A DNA stretch of 62,802 bases, filler included, from Choristocarpus tenellus KU-1152 (lineage: Eukaryota > Protista > Phaeophyceae), in the NCBI GenBank assembly GCA_964200185.2. It is 11 parts of 11 records of this genome, joined end to end, with 100 filler letters (N's around TTAATTAATTAA, not from the genome) between each part and the next. Parts side by side here need not be neighbours in the genome. Positions count along the whole stretch, not along the records: positions 10,404 to 15,710 come from CAXNAD020011202.1; positions 15,811 to 18,586 come from CAXNAD020024851.1; positions 18,687 to 25,337 come from CAXNAD020007656.1; 8 more parts are not named here. The stretch is one strand, 5' to 3'. Every line of letters begins with the position of its first letter. Within the stretch, counting starts at the first letter, position 1. Both the position numbers and the translations under genes were made by a program. Positions 12,624 to 24,770 of this stretch are shown here, one piece after another. The notes under the pieces are model-generated. The model made no database searches, was not told the DNA's origin, and was given only the letters and a program-made list of their open reading frames with translations.

Positions 12624-13152
12624 GACCGAGAGCATTTAAGAGGGTAGGAGTTTTTCCCTGTTTGCCGTTTGGGGCATTGCTTCCCACTTTTTTTTTTTGC
12701 CCTTTTTCGGTATTCTGTGTGAATATTTGGGATTTCGGAGTAGGTAAAATGTTTAGGACTGTGAAAGGTGTGTCTGAAGCAAGGGTATTGACACTTGGTA
12801 ACAAATGAGTGATATTATCTTAGAGGGTACGAGTTTTGCCCTATTTGTCCATTTGGGGCTTGGCTTCCCATGTTTTTTTTTATGACATTTACCTGCTCCA
12901 AAATGTTTCGGAGTAGGTAAAATATATACATTATGAAAATGTGTGTCTGGAACAAGGATATTGGCTCTTCCTAACAAACACAATAGCCAAAATTGAATTA
13001 AAATGGCAACATTGGATTTTGGTCCCTAAATGGACGCGGCGCTACCCTCTAAGATACTTTGAATCAAATGCGATCGCCAAAATTCACCAAAATCGCAACA
13101 GTGGATTTGTGACTCCGAACGGACGCGGTCCTACCCTCTTAAATACTAACTC
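12624..13152. mobile_element. Nested MITEs: subfamily B copy 12807-13065 inserted into an older subfamily B copy
   Basis: Inner copy has TIRs and an AAAT duplication (12803-12806 / 13066-13069); the outer copy's halves at 12624-12802 and 13070-13152 join into one element. Confidence 0.8.
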
Positions 13153-15627
13153 CTATACGTGCTTCTACCGTTCTGAATGGCAACTTCAAACTTATATTAA
13201 GAGAACGGACGCTTGTCGTCTCTACAGCCACAACCTCTCAAGAGGGGTCAGCTGTATTTCAAGAATGGGAGCAGGGTGTCAGCCAGGAGCTTTCATATTC
13301 CCTAATTGCTCTAAAGTACCTAAACAGAAACCCCTCTAAGGTAGGATTACTCAACAGACATTTCAGAGCAAATGGGTCCAAGCTTTTGCAGGATAACGAT
13401 TGATACACATATAGAGTTAGAGCACATGCACTCAGGCGTCATATGAACAACAGGCGCTGTAGAGCAACTGACCCTTGAACGCTGTTCTGGTAATGGACAT
13501 GGTCGAGAAAAAAAAAGAAAAATATTGTCGTGATGGATTGATCAAGTATGGCTGAACATTTTAGGATAACACTATTATTGCACTGAAGGTGAGTTTTTCA
13601 AGGTGTGTACTCAAGTACAACAGAATATTACTACTGTACTCGTTTTTCGTTGGATATAATGCGCGCCTCTCATTTGTCAACCTGTCTCCACGCTTTGTTC
13701 ATCGAAAAAGTCTGTTCAGGTACTTTTTTCAACTTAGTTGAGGTATTGAAGTACTTGTGAGAGCGATATGAATACATATATATTGAATAACCGCATTGTA
13801 TATATATACCTTGTGAGTGTCCTCGTAAATAAGTGGTAATCTACATGTTTTTGCCATCAAGGAAAAATGGACAGATCCAAACCCAGAGTCGGTCAGATTT
13901 CCTGTCAAGGAAAATTGATGTTTGATGGGCCATGTGAGAATCCCCAGCGGAAAGGTGCACCCTATGTTTCGTCCTAAATAACAAAATAGAGCAAGAATCC
14001 ATTGCATGGAGGCGAGTACTGCACAATACTTAAGGAAGGAGGCAGAGCGATGAGGGGTGAGATAGCTGAACCGAACACATGAGAAAGAATGCATGGCACA
14101 GACAGGGCTTGCATTAGTAGTTGTGTAACGGTGATTTCGTAACAATGATAAGTTGTTCAATGCGTTGTGCCTCTAACCACAGGTCTGGGGCTAGGTAGGG
14201 TCGAGATAAGTTCCTGTTACCAGATACAAGCACAGGCAATAACAATAACCACAATGACAACATCAATAGGAAAAACAATAACAATAAGAGTAACAAATAT
14301 AAGATAATAATCTAAATATTTGTAGTAATGGAAATAACGTAAATACATGAGAGTGCGGGTTCACTGGTATATATATGTAGATCTAATCCTCCTGAAATGA
14401 CTCTTTCACGTCACATATTCTGCATACATTGCAAATATCGTTTTGTACCTTAAGCGCTTTTCCTGCACTATTTTTCTTTTTCATATGGAAAAGCCTATGT
14501 TGATTTGACAATTATGGACATCTTTTATCCTAACCCTAATCTCAAAACTTAAAAGAATCGATTTATTCAGTACTGTAGCAAATAATGCCAGGTGTATTTT
14601 TTCCCCAGACTTAAAGCTGTATGGATACATTCTGGAGGGAGGAAAAAGCCTCCACACACGATAGAAGAACCATCTTCTGGAGGGGGATGAGCGTGAGGGA
14701 AGGTGTGGCTGTTGGATGTTTCGTCAATAACGGGTCAGATAGGACCTTTCAATTACTACAATCCGTCCATTATACAGCACTCACTGAGGAATAAAGAAAA
14801 CGGAGCTCTTGCACAGAGAGACGTCACATTGGTATGTAAGACCCCTGGAGAAGGAGTAAATTCGTACTGTGATCTCATATGTATTCATACTACTATTTAT
14901 TTTTGTTGCTGTGTCACTCCTACTATGAATAGTCACCCACAATACTCTAGGGTTGTGGCTAATTAGGAGTTTCATTATATTAGTACTACGTACTCCGGAG
15001 TATTACACAAGGAAAACTTCATCCACATTTTCAATAATCTGCATCATAGGGTTTCATTGGTAGTGCACGAGTCGAAAGGGCAGTAAAGTGGTTGTGTCAT
15101 CTCACCTTTTTTCTCAAATCAACATTTCGAGAAGTAGTATTCATTTTAATTATCCACCCAACCTGGTACAGTAGTAGTGTCTGTTGTTCTAAGCACCTCG
15201 TTGATCCTTTAGGTATGTGGAGTAAGTGCACTTGTCTATGAAGTACAAGAAGAAGAGGGCGGACAATGAACTACACAATACAAGGTAACTATAATGAATT
15301 GAGACTGTCTCTAATAGTTTACCTCCTCCATATGCTTTTCATAAGCATAATAGCATAGTCATCAGAAGGCACTGCCATTCCACAGCAGCTACCCATTTAT
15401 ATAGTAAGAAAAACAAAGCACATTTTGTAGTGAGTGGAAGACAACTCCCTTACACAACATTCCAATACCTGCTTCGTGGCATACCACTACCAATACTTGA
15501 GCAGTCTTCAAAACGAAGTATTGAGGGTTAAGCAGCGGGTAGGGTTGAGTGCAAAAGAAATAGCTGGAGGTACAAAACGTCAATTCACATATACATATCC
15601 AATTTGTCCAACATCATAGTCTCATAA

Positions 15628-15710
15628 TGACCCAAAGTATCTGGGGGGAGGGGGGGGGGGGGTCGTCACCTAAGCGAGACACCACACGTGCGTAGCGCCG
15701 TCGCCCCGAA
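15628..15710. mobile_element. CAAAGTATCT-family element end at a contig break (similar ends at 1-20, 4702-4727, 35872-35892, 47812-47898)
   Basis: GACCCAAAGTATCTGGGGGG terminus followed by poly-G. Confidence 0.7.
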
Positions 15711-16099
15711 NNNNNNNNNNNNNNNNNNNNNNNNNNNNNNNNNNNNNNNNNNNNTTAATTAATTAANNNNNNNNNNNNNNNNNNNNNNNNNNNNNNNNNN
15801 NNNNNNNNNNGGACACGTGGGTCGTGCCGTCCCGCACGGTCGATCTTGTAAGATGGAAGGTGGACTATCTCCTGTGTGCGAAACGTGTCGATGTATAGAA
15901 GTTTTGTATACGTGTTACTGTGCTGTCTGCCGTCCCTGTCAGTCCAATCCTAAGGGTTGTGGTGATTGTGCGTATAAGGGGAGGGGCGGTACGTGTTGGA
16001 GTCAGTGTCGGCACTGAGGCAGTGTGCTGAAACCGATTCTATGTGATGGCATTTTCTTCGTAGTGATAAGTGCTACCTATTGCTGTAACGAGTGTTTGG

Positions 16100-17100
16100 T
16101 AACGACGGATGGCAGTGTGTGATGAAACCCAAAACTTTGAGTTTTTTGTTAGAGTGCCGATTGACAGACTTCTAAAAAATAGAGGGCGATGGTTGCAAGT
16201 ATGCACGGACTTTGTGCGGTCGATTACGAAGTGTGTATGTGCGATCATCATGTGATTCGTGGTTTCAGCATGAAGGGAAGGCATGGATGTGACGTAATGG
16301 GTCGACGAAATCTATTGCCTTGGTGGAATATATGGGTTAGCAAGGGGCCGGAGGGTGCAGAGTGTCGCGATTTGCAAACAGGGATTAATTATTGTGAGTG
16401 GGGAAAATTATACACGTGGTACATGTGGTATCTATTCCTGCAGCAAGCGATGGATATATGGCCTACATTGCTACGTGAAAGGAAGCAATATCTTGGAGTT
16501 TTGGGTTAGTTTACCGATTGTCAGACTCATTCTGAATCGAGGGTGATGGTTGCAAGTGTGTACGGATGGTATGTGGTCGATTAATAAATGCGTATGTACG
16601 ATTATCATGTGATTTGTGGTGTCGACGCAAGGGAAGGCGCGGATTTGACACTATGGGTCAATGATATCTATTGCGCGTTTAGTGTATGGGTTATCAAGGG
16701 GCGGGAGGGTGAAGACTGATGCGAGTGGTGAGGAGGGATCAGGTCCAGGGGAGGGGAAGAATCATGCATGTAGTGTATGTGGTATATATTCCTGCAACAA
16801 GTAATGGGTATATGGTCGACGTTGGCACTGGAAAGAAAAGAGAAACTTGGAATTTAGCGCGAGCTTACCGATTGGCAGACTTGTACAAAAAAGGTGGCGA
16901 TGGTTATAAGTGTGTATAGACTATCTGTACAGTCATTTCATAAGTGCGTTGTGTTATCTTGATGCTGCACGTTGTGTCGGGATGAAGGGAGTGACGGGTG
17001 TGGAATAAGTTTGAACGGTACGTGTTGAGTGTTTGTTGCATATGTGTGCAAGGGGTGTACGTGTTGGGGTTGTCACCAGTGGCAAACAGAGGTTTAACTT
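16100..17100. repeat. Diverged tandem repeat, about 355-bp period, about 3 copies
   Basis: CCGATTG.CAGACT...GG(C/T)GATGGTT...AAGT recurs at 16157, 16514 and 16868. Confidence 0.8.
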
Positions 17101-17179
17101 TGTGAGTGGGGGGGGGGGATCGTCATGTGGAGTGTGCCTACCTGTGTGACCATTATCTGCCCGGGAGGAACCTTATGAC

Positions 17180-18586
17180 CTTTGCGGTAGCATCACTCTT
17201 CCTCTGGTATCGGATCCCTCAACGTGTACTGAGTTTTGGTTGCCTTGATTGTATCCACTAGGGATGAGGTTCCTCACATGCACACCCCGTGCAGTTCCAG
17301 TCTCCTGGTAGCAGACTTCACCACAGCCCCGACTCCATCGGACAAGGACTTGCCGTGACAGGAGGCAAAGAATTTGTGTACTACGGAAATTCCCATCTGC
17401 ACTAAAGACTGAGAAACCCACCACATCTACCATCTGTTCTTGAACTGGCTCCCGCAGCCATCAGACCAGATGTGGAGGACCTCCAGAGTCTGTCCGTATT
17501 CGCTGGCTAGAGGTATTAGGTGGTCTTTCACAAACATCTCCACGGCGTTCTGGACGAACTCGTTGTCTTGGCTTCGGTCTTCACTGCACACAGTCATGCT
17601 GTGAGCCCAAACCCTTCCCTTCCCAAGATTTCCCTCTTCTCTGAAATCCCTCAACCACCAGACAATGGTTAGAAGCGCCGTAAGGAATAGGTTGAAGAAC
17701 TCTTGTGTATCAAGTCTTAGTGGTTGTGTTGCAGGTGGGCGCTGAAGTCCATGGACATGGCGGCATGTCCTTTGGGGAGGTGGGATTTGCAGTGTTCGTA
17801 TTGTTGCGCCTGCCATATATAGTGGTGTTGTGATGAAGGAAGAAACTCTTGTCGAAGTTTGCAAATATGACTTTTTAGGAGTGTAGGGAATCCCTCAGTC
17901 CTTGGGAACAGCACCTGTATCGAACGAGCCAGGTGGTCACGAGTCAAGTGTTTTTGCTGGGGATAGGTCGTAATGATTTAGGCTTTGTTGCGGTGTAACC
18001 AATTATGTTCGGTGCGGTGGGAGGGAGTATCTGCTCGTTGTTTGAACAATACACCGTGTGACACATTCAATTTACACTGTAATTATTAGTCGAATGAAAC
18101 TATCGCTCACCTTTTGCCTCCAGCTGTGTTTGTCCGTAGACCCTGTGGCGTCTTTGTCATCGTTCTACTCGGTCCTGTTCCTCCTGAGTTCGGGGGCGGA
18201 CTCTCTCACCATGCACTTAGCGATAATCAAATCGTCCGTCATCATCTTTGATGGTCCTGCTTGGGGTGGCAATGCCAAGTCTAGACAACAGCGCCTGTGT
18301 GGCAGTGTAGACGGATATCGAGATTTTTTGCAGCATGGGTTTGTGGTCTGGATGTTTACACACGGGGATATGGTCGATTGGCAGGGTAGGTTGCTACGTC
18401 GGTCCTAGACCCGGCGTGAGGGTGGAACCGGACAGGTTCGTCTTCAAAATGTAACTGGTTGGTGAGTGTTTGGATAAGGCAAACCTTTATTTCCTGGCAA
18501 GTCTTTCGTTGCAGATCCACCTCCACCACCGGGGTGTATGCGTGGACGAACTCGTTCCATGTAACACGGGTGCTGTAAGAGTCTAG
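17180..18586 (-). pseudogene. Sola2-type DDD transposase pseudogene
   Basis: Motifs in order: AAMSMDFS, LHIWSDGCGSQFKNRW, FFASCHGKSLSDGVGAVVK (family pattern DF.EN / SDGC..Q(F/Y)KN / FF.T.HGK..CDG.G..VK); frameshift and stops. Confidence 0.75.
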
Positions 18587-19623
18587 NNNNNNNNNNNNNN
18601 NNNNNNNNNNNNNNNNNNNNNNNNNNNNNNTTAATTAATTAANNNNNNNNNNNNNNNNNNNNNNNNNNNNNNNNNNNNNNNNNNNNAAGTCGCAAAAAAA
18701 GAATCAAGAGCCTTGTTGTATAGCATCCCCCCCACCCTCCCAAAAAAACAACCCATGAACAACTAAACTCAAGATTGTGTTCCTGGTGATCTCTGTTATC
18801 ACCAGGAAGTAGGAATGGTACAAGTGAAAATAGCAGCCTCCTTACCTTAACCCTAGCCCTAACCCCATTTGTTCTTGACAACTTACCTCACAAAAAAGTC
18901 TGAGGGTTCAAACAACTTGGACCAAGCCTTGGTAGTTGCTTCCTCCTTGATCTCATTCACCACCTAAAACACCTCAAGCGCATGAACACATTTCATTTCA
19001 GAACAATAATGCACACAAAATTTTAACACTAAAATACAAGCAGAGGAAAGCAAGGAACTTTTTCCTGTCGGAAGTAGAAAATTATTAATACAAACATATA
19101 TAACAAAAATAATTGATAAAAACATATATAACAAAATAATTGATACAAACATATGAAACAAAGACCATACACTAAAAAAAGAGAAGATAGTAAAGCACCA
19201 CAAAAATATATAAAAAAATAAAAAAATTGAGAGTTGACGTCAGTCAAAAGTAAGAAAATTAAACACACATTCCAACCCTATCTGCAAGGTGTATGTGCAC
19301 ATACAAATTATTCTTATTATTATAACTATGAAAAAAAAAAGTCGTTTCATAGAGAGAGGGGACACAGCAACATTCCTCCAGATAAACTGTTAAACCAACA
19401 AGTTAGCCATGGTGATCATGGTGATGATGATGCTGCCATATTTTTTTCTTTTAAATGCTTGAAATACAAACAATCAACTTTTAAATTTAAACAAAAACTG
19501 AAGCACATAAGAGAACCCCACAAAGTTGGAAAAATGTATAGCCTCAACCTCAAGCAAAATAAGACAAAAATAAGACAAACTACTCAAAAAAAGAAGCGCA
19601 AAATGAATACTGCAAAAAAGCCA

Positions 19624-19625
<2 letters not shown>

Positions 19626-19668
<43 letters not shown>
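19626..19668. repeat. (CA)n microsatellite
   Basis: Perfect CA run. Confidence 0.95.
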
Positions 19669-19670
<2 letters not shown>

Positions 19671-19796
19671 GATGCACAGAGCATAGGAGGCAAACAAAAT
19701 CAAGAAAAATAATTTTAAAATCATAAAATCATAAAATAAATCTCACCTCCAGTCCTCGAGAAAATTCCGATGTCATCACATCCAAGGTAAACCTGC

Positions 19797-19925
19797 ATGA
19801 GGTTATAACCATACGGGAATGATGCAAAGGGTTAGGGTTAGGGTTAGGGTTATAACCATACGGGAATGAGGTTATAACCATACGGGAATGATGCAAAGGG
19901 TTAGGGTTAGGGTTAGGGTTAGGGT
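19797..19925 (+). repeat. Composite repeat of (TTAGGG)n tracts and a 22-bp unit GGTTATAACCATACGGGAATGA
   Basis: Unit occurs 3 times; two telomere-type tracts of about 4 repeats each. Confidence 0.9.
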
Positions 19926-22473
19926 GAGGGGGGGGGTAGGGAAAGTGAAAAATTGGGCACAATGCCCCAATGTAAAAGTTAAATTCTCCGCCGATAGTCT
20001 TCACCTGATGTATATAATTTTATTTTTTATCCTGTGAATGCTTACCTGCAACAGGCACCATCTTCCTCTATCCACAAGTCCAACCTCACGAACAGTCTAT
20101 TTTCATTTGGATCAAATCACTACTTGCTCTTCCCTCTAGTGATTGGATCAAATAACTCCTATGTTGCGGAACACAATCAAACCACACAGGTTAGGAGGGC
20201 CTTCCTGTCCTTTACCATCCCTCATCGTCCTGGAAGGCGTCCAGATTTGAACACGAAAGTACACTGTACCCTATCAACAAATATCAACAAGCATCAACAA
20301 GCATCAAAAAGCATCAAAAAGGCATCAACCGGGAGAAGAAAAACATTCAATAACTTTACCCAGTGTGCTCGTGTATTGGTGTAAAATTCAAGTGTAAAAT
20401 TCAAGCATAAAATTCAAACTACTTAAGTCCTGGTGCTTCAAGGGACTGCAACACGAAAGAGTGATCCATCAACACCACACTAACACACTCACACGAGCTG
20501 ACAGTTGACAGAATATCTCTGACACCAATACACGGAAAACAACCATGGATACACGGAAAACAACCAAGGCCATGGAAGACCTGTACATCCTGAGAGGATG
20601 CTGGTGTTGTTGTGGATGCCATCGTAGAGTCAGGGAGGAAGGGAAACCTGCCCACAGGGGCATCAAATACTGACAAGCTACCAGAGGCCTGTCTATTGAT
20701 CCCAATGAACACTCCACAATCCAGGTGGCCACGGTGACACAAGTTGGTGTTATTAAGCTATATCACACTCGAATGACCTCTTGGTGTTTGTGTAGTTCAT
20801 GAAAAAAAGAAAAGTCTAATCACAAGGTATACCCAAGGTCCTTCATGTTTGAAAGGAAGGCCTCTGACAAGGGACTTCAATTGGAGGTCTTGTTTTCAAC
20901 CTCCTTTTGAGTGCTCTTGATCAGACTCAATTTGATAAGTAGAGAATGAGTTACATGCAGTAAAAAATCATAGCCAATAGCATGCATCGTTAGGCCAGAG
21001 GGAGTGATAGTGCTCATCAGAGAGTACTCAACAATAGCAACGCTCTAATGGAATACTAGCACTAAAATAAATAGTGGCAAGAGATTTACTTTCAGTATGT
21101 AGTCTTCTTCACCTGTAGAATAATAAAGATAATGGAAAAATATCGAGATTTCACATTTAGAACAATAAAATAGAATAATATCAGGATGCGGTGTTCTTGA
21201 CCTGCAGAGCAATAAGCAACATAAAACAATATCAGTGTGCGGTGTTCTTCACACGCAGAATAATAAATAATAAATAAATGTACAGAATAATTTTCAGGAC
21301 TTCGATAAAGTTGTAAGTTGTGAATTTTAAAAAGAAGAAAAATATAAGAGTACGAGGAGGATCTATACTGGGTCAGCAAAGGATCACTATACTTAACAAA
21401 AATCTCAGCATCAACAGTTGGTAGAAAGGAGGTCACAAACGTCAAGTGAAGAAATAGAAAATGTGTTACACACACACACACACACAGATGCCATAAAATA
21501 ATCAACTCGTCAAAAACGTTTTCAGAATCACTAGCATCTTGCTTGATTACTCATTCCAAAAAATCAACCTATTGAGTCAAAATCATCACAATTTACAACA
21601 CAAGGAGACTACTAGCCTCTCTATCATCGTACTCAGTATGAGGGTAGCCTCTCTACATCTATGCATATACCTCACCGCTCTGTCCTGTCCTGTCAACAGC
21701 AATCATCTTCTCAACTCATGTACAGCTACAAATCTCATAGCTCAGCTCTTTCCCTTGACACACAATTCACACTCTTTGAAGCCATGCATACAAACAAGTG
21801 GGACAGTACCTAATGTACACACCAATATATATACATTCATATTTATCTTTTTAGAAATACCATTACCAACATCACAAAGGAGGAAGCACTAAGGGAAGAA
21901 GAGAGTACTATCACAATTAAAAATAAAAATAAACTTACTCTACATCAACGACCTCCTCAACTTCAAGACCAAACTTGCCAACTGTGCACCCATCCCTATC
22001 TCAAGTTTGTATCTCAAGTTGAAAGAGTTCAAACTTCTTTATATCATAACTCTCACAAATCGCCCCCACATACACTATTTACCACCTCTCCCAGACCACC
22101 ATGGAGATAAAAAACACTTTCCCAAAAATCATGTTTAAACTCTTACTCTCACCACAGCACAAGGGGAATCCTCCTGTCAAGCGACACAAACATTATAGAT
22201 GAGAGACCGGCAGTTTAAAAAAAAAAAATATTAAACAAATTCACTGAGGTACAGATAATTAAAAACAAAAAAATATCATCGGTCGAAATCAAATATTTCA
22301 AAAGTTACAAAGAAATAGGAACTTCATTTTTTCCAATATATATATTTTTTAAATCACACCTGAGCTTTCCTGTATTTGTTCTTCAAATCAAAGACAAAGA
22401 TCACCCTCGAGAACCTTAAAAAAAAAATTCCCAAAACATTAAAAAGAAAAAACAGGGGTTTTCACCAGGCTAG

Positions 22474-22535
22474 GCAGTTAGCATATCAGTTAGCATATCA
22501 GTTAGAATATCAGTTAGAATATCAGTTAGAATATC
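22474..22535. repeat. 12-bp tandem repeat CAGTTAG(C/A)ATAT x5
   Basis: Direct reading. Confidence 0.9.
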
Positions 22536-23384
22536 CACGGTCGGCCACGGGGTCACAGTCTGGACCATGGACCAGCCACGTTCAAAGAGTTGATGGCCAT
22601 GGACTCAGTCATGTTCGAACTTGGTTACACACTACCAGCTGTGACCCCAGTTGTATTGGGTAGTGACAGACATGGACTCAGCCATGATAGGACATTTAAT
22701 CTATGACTGGCCAGGTAACATTTGTTTGGCAATCGAGGCAGTCATATCATGGCCATGCCTCCCTATCTATCAATCACTCTAGTTGTATCTTGTATCCTAT
22801 ACTCTATACTACAGCGGTTGTAAGTACTAAATATAATAATAGTACATGCCATTGATATTTCTGTATTATTTTCTATTCTTAAGAATATTCAAAATTTTAA
22901 ATTTAACATGAGTACCTTGTTGTGTGCTTGGTGCTTCATGTTCATGTTCATATTCTCGGGTGGTCAAGGCGATTTGTTTACTTCAAGATCAATTACTTCA
23001 AGATGAACATTGACACCCCTTTGTCAACGGTGAACTGCGTAAATTGCAAAGATGTAAATTAATATCTCACACATATAATATAGGCCTCCTGACATTCTCA
23101 CTGGATATACGTATGAATACACACTCTTAAACGATTTCAAACCAAGAAAATTCAGAGATTATTTGAAAAAGAGTACTATCGATATACACATACGTAGCAT
23201 GACTTAACCTTTGACATACACACATTTTCATTGTTGGTTGAATGCAACACATAGTGGACACGGTACCGGATATGCAACAAAAAAGATAGACTGGCTGGTG
23301 GCCATGGTTCAGATATGCAACAAAAAAGATAGACTGGCCAGACGGCGGACACAAATTGGTACAATAGCCAATGGACATGGTCCG

Positions 23385-23445
23385 GACATGTTAGACAATA
23401 TTTGACATGTTAGACAATATTTGACATGTTAGACAATATTTGACC
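23385..23445. repeat. 19-bp tandem repeat GACATGTTAGACAATATTT x3
   Basis: Direct reading. Confidence 0.9.
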
Positions 23446-23458
23446 AGGCCCTGATGGC

Positions 23459-23606
23459 GGACATGGACCAGTTAAACACTTAGTGGACATGGACCAGTTC
23501 AACACTTAGTGGACATGGACCAGTTCAACACTTAGTGGACATGGACCAGTTAAACACTTAGTGGACATGGACCAGTTAAACACTTAGTGGACATGGACCA
23601 GTTCAA
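23459..23606. repeat. 26-bp tandem repeat GGACATGGACCAGTT(A/C)AACACTTAGT x5.7
   Basis: Direct reading; no spacers. Confidence 0.92.
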
Positions 23607-24555
23607 TTTGTTGGTCCAGTGAAAAGCCCTGGAAAATTGGGACAGTAAAAATATATTTACTGTTTTTTCTTGTCAATCAATATATTTACCACCTACTAAC
23701 ACTACTCACACCTTGGAGTCGATCTATCTTGACACCATGATTGTCATGGGCAATCCAACAGAGAAATTTATTAATTAGTTGACAATTCCCAATCAAGCAA
23801 ATCTTGATAACACCTACCATAGTTAATAACCAAATAGTTAATAACCAAATATGATAGTGTAACCTAACCGTATTGATCATCAAATATTCTTGACAGTGGA
23901 TATGTAGGTTGCCATTACCAACAAGCATAATTGCTCATAACCTATATGTAATAATGGCCATTGATACAAAAGCACAGGCGATACAGTAATAGATCCATAT
24001 TACAACTAGCAGTCCACATATACCCACAGGCATGTCGACCGTTATTTGCAGCCAAACATACTCAACAAACCAATTGTGACTAACTAAACAATAACAATAG
24101 ACAATCAATCTTTGCTAATAAACAACCATGGTTCAACATTCATGGGAAAAGGTACATACACACAATAATAACAAAAGTCATACACACAATACGCAAACAA
24201 ACTATTTCCCAAAAAAAAATAACAAAAAGCAAGGGAATGTAACTTCAACATCGTAACCACACACAGGGACCAACACCTCTCCCCTCACTACAAAAACTAC
24301 AAACCAGCCCCAAGCCTGAAAACAGTCACTGTTCATCTTGACCTGGACACATTGGCAGAGGAATTCATGCTTGGGTATGCAGGAGTGATGATAGGCATGC
24401 AGTGCCAGCTGTTCGCACGGGCGTTCCACACCTACAAAGGCGGTAAATTGTCAGCACATAGTGTGTTGTGTTTGCTCCATCCCCCCTGCTGTGAACAGGT
24501 CCATGTTCCCATGTCATTTGGGAGGTAGGGATACATGTACATGTTTCTGTGTATC

Positions 24556-24770
24556 GTATGTCATTAGTATGTCATTAGTATGTCATTAGTATGTCATTAG
24601 TATGTCATTAGTATGTCATTAGTATGGCATTAGTATGTCATTAGTATGTCATTAGTATGGCATTAGTATGGCATTAGTATGTCATTAGTATGTCATTAGT
24701 ATGTCATTAGTATGGCATTAGTATGTCATTAGTATGTCATTAGTATGGCATTAGTATGTCATTAGTATGT
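24556..24770. repeat. 11-bp tandem repeat GTATG(T/G)CATTA, about 19 copies
   Basis: Direct reading. Confidence 0.95.

Larger units (their letters stand above)
22453..23631. mobile_element. Non-autonomous hAT-like DNA transposon with subterminal tandem repeats
   Basis: 13-bp TIRs CAGGGGTTTTCAC / GTGAAAAGCCCTG (1 mismatch); 12-bp repeats near the left end, 19- and 26-bp repeats near the right end; no clean TSD. Confidence 0.6.

Noticed and set aside
23459-23606. CRISPR-like 26-bp repeats
   Set aside because: Head-to-tail repeats without spacers.
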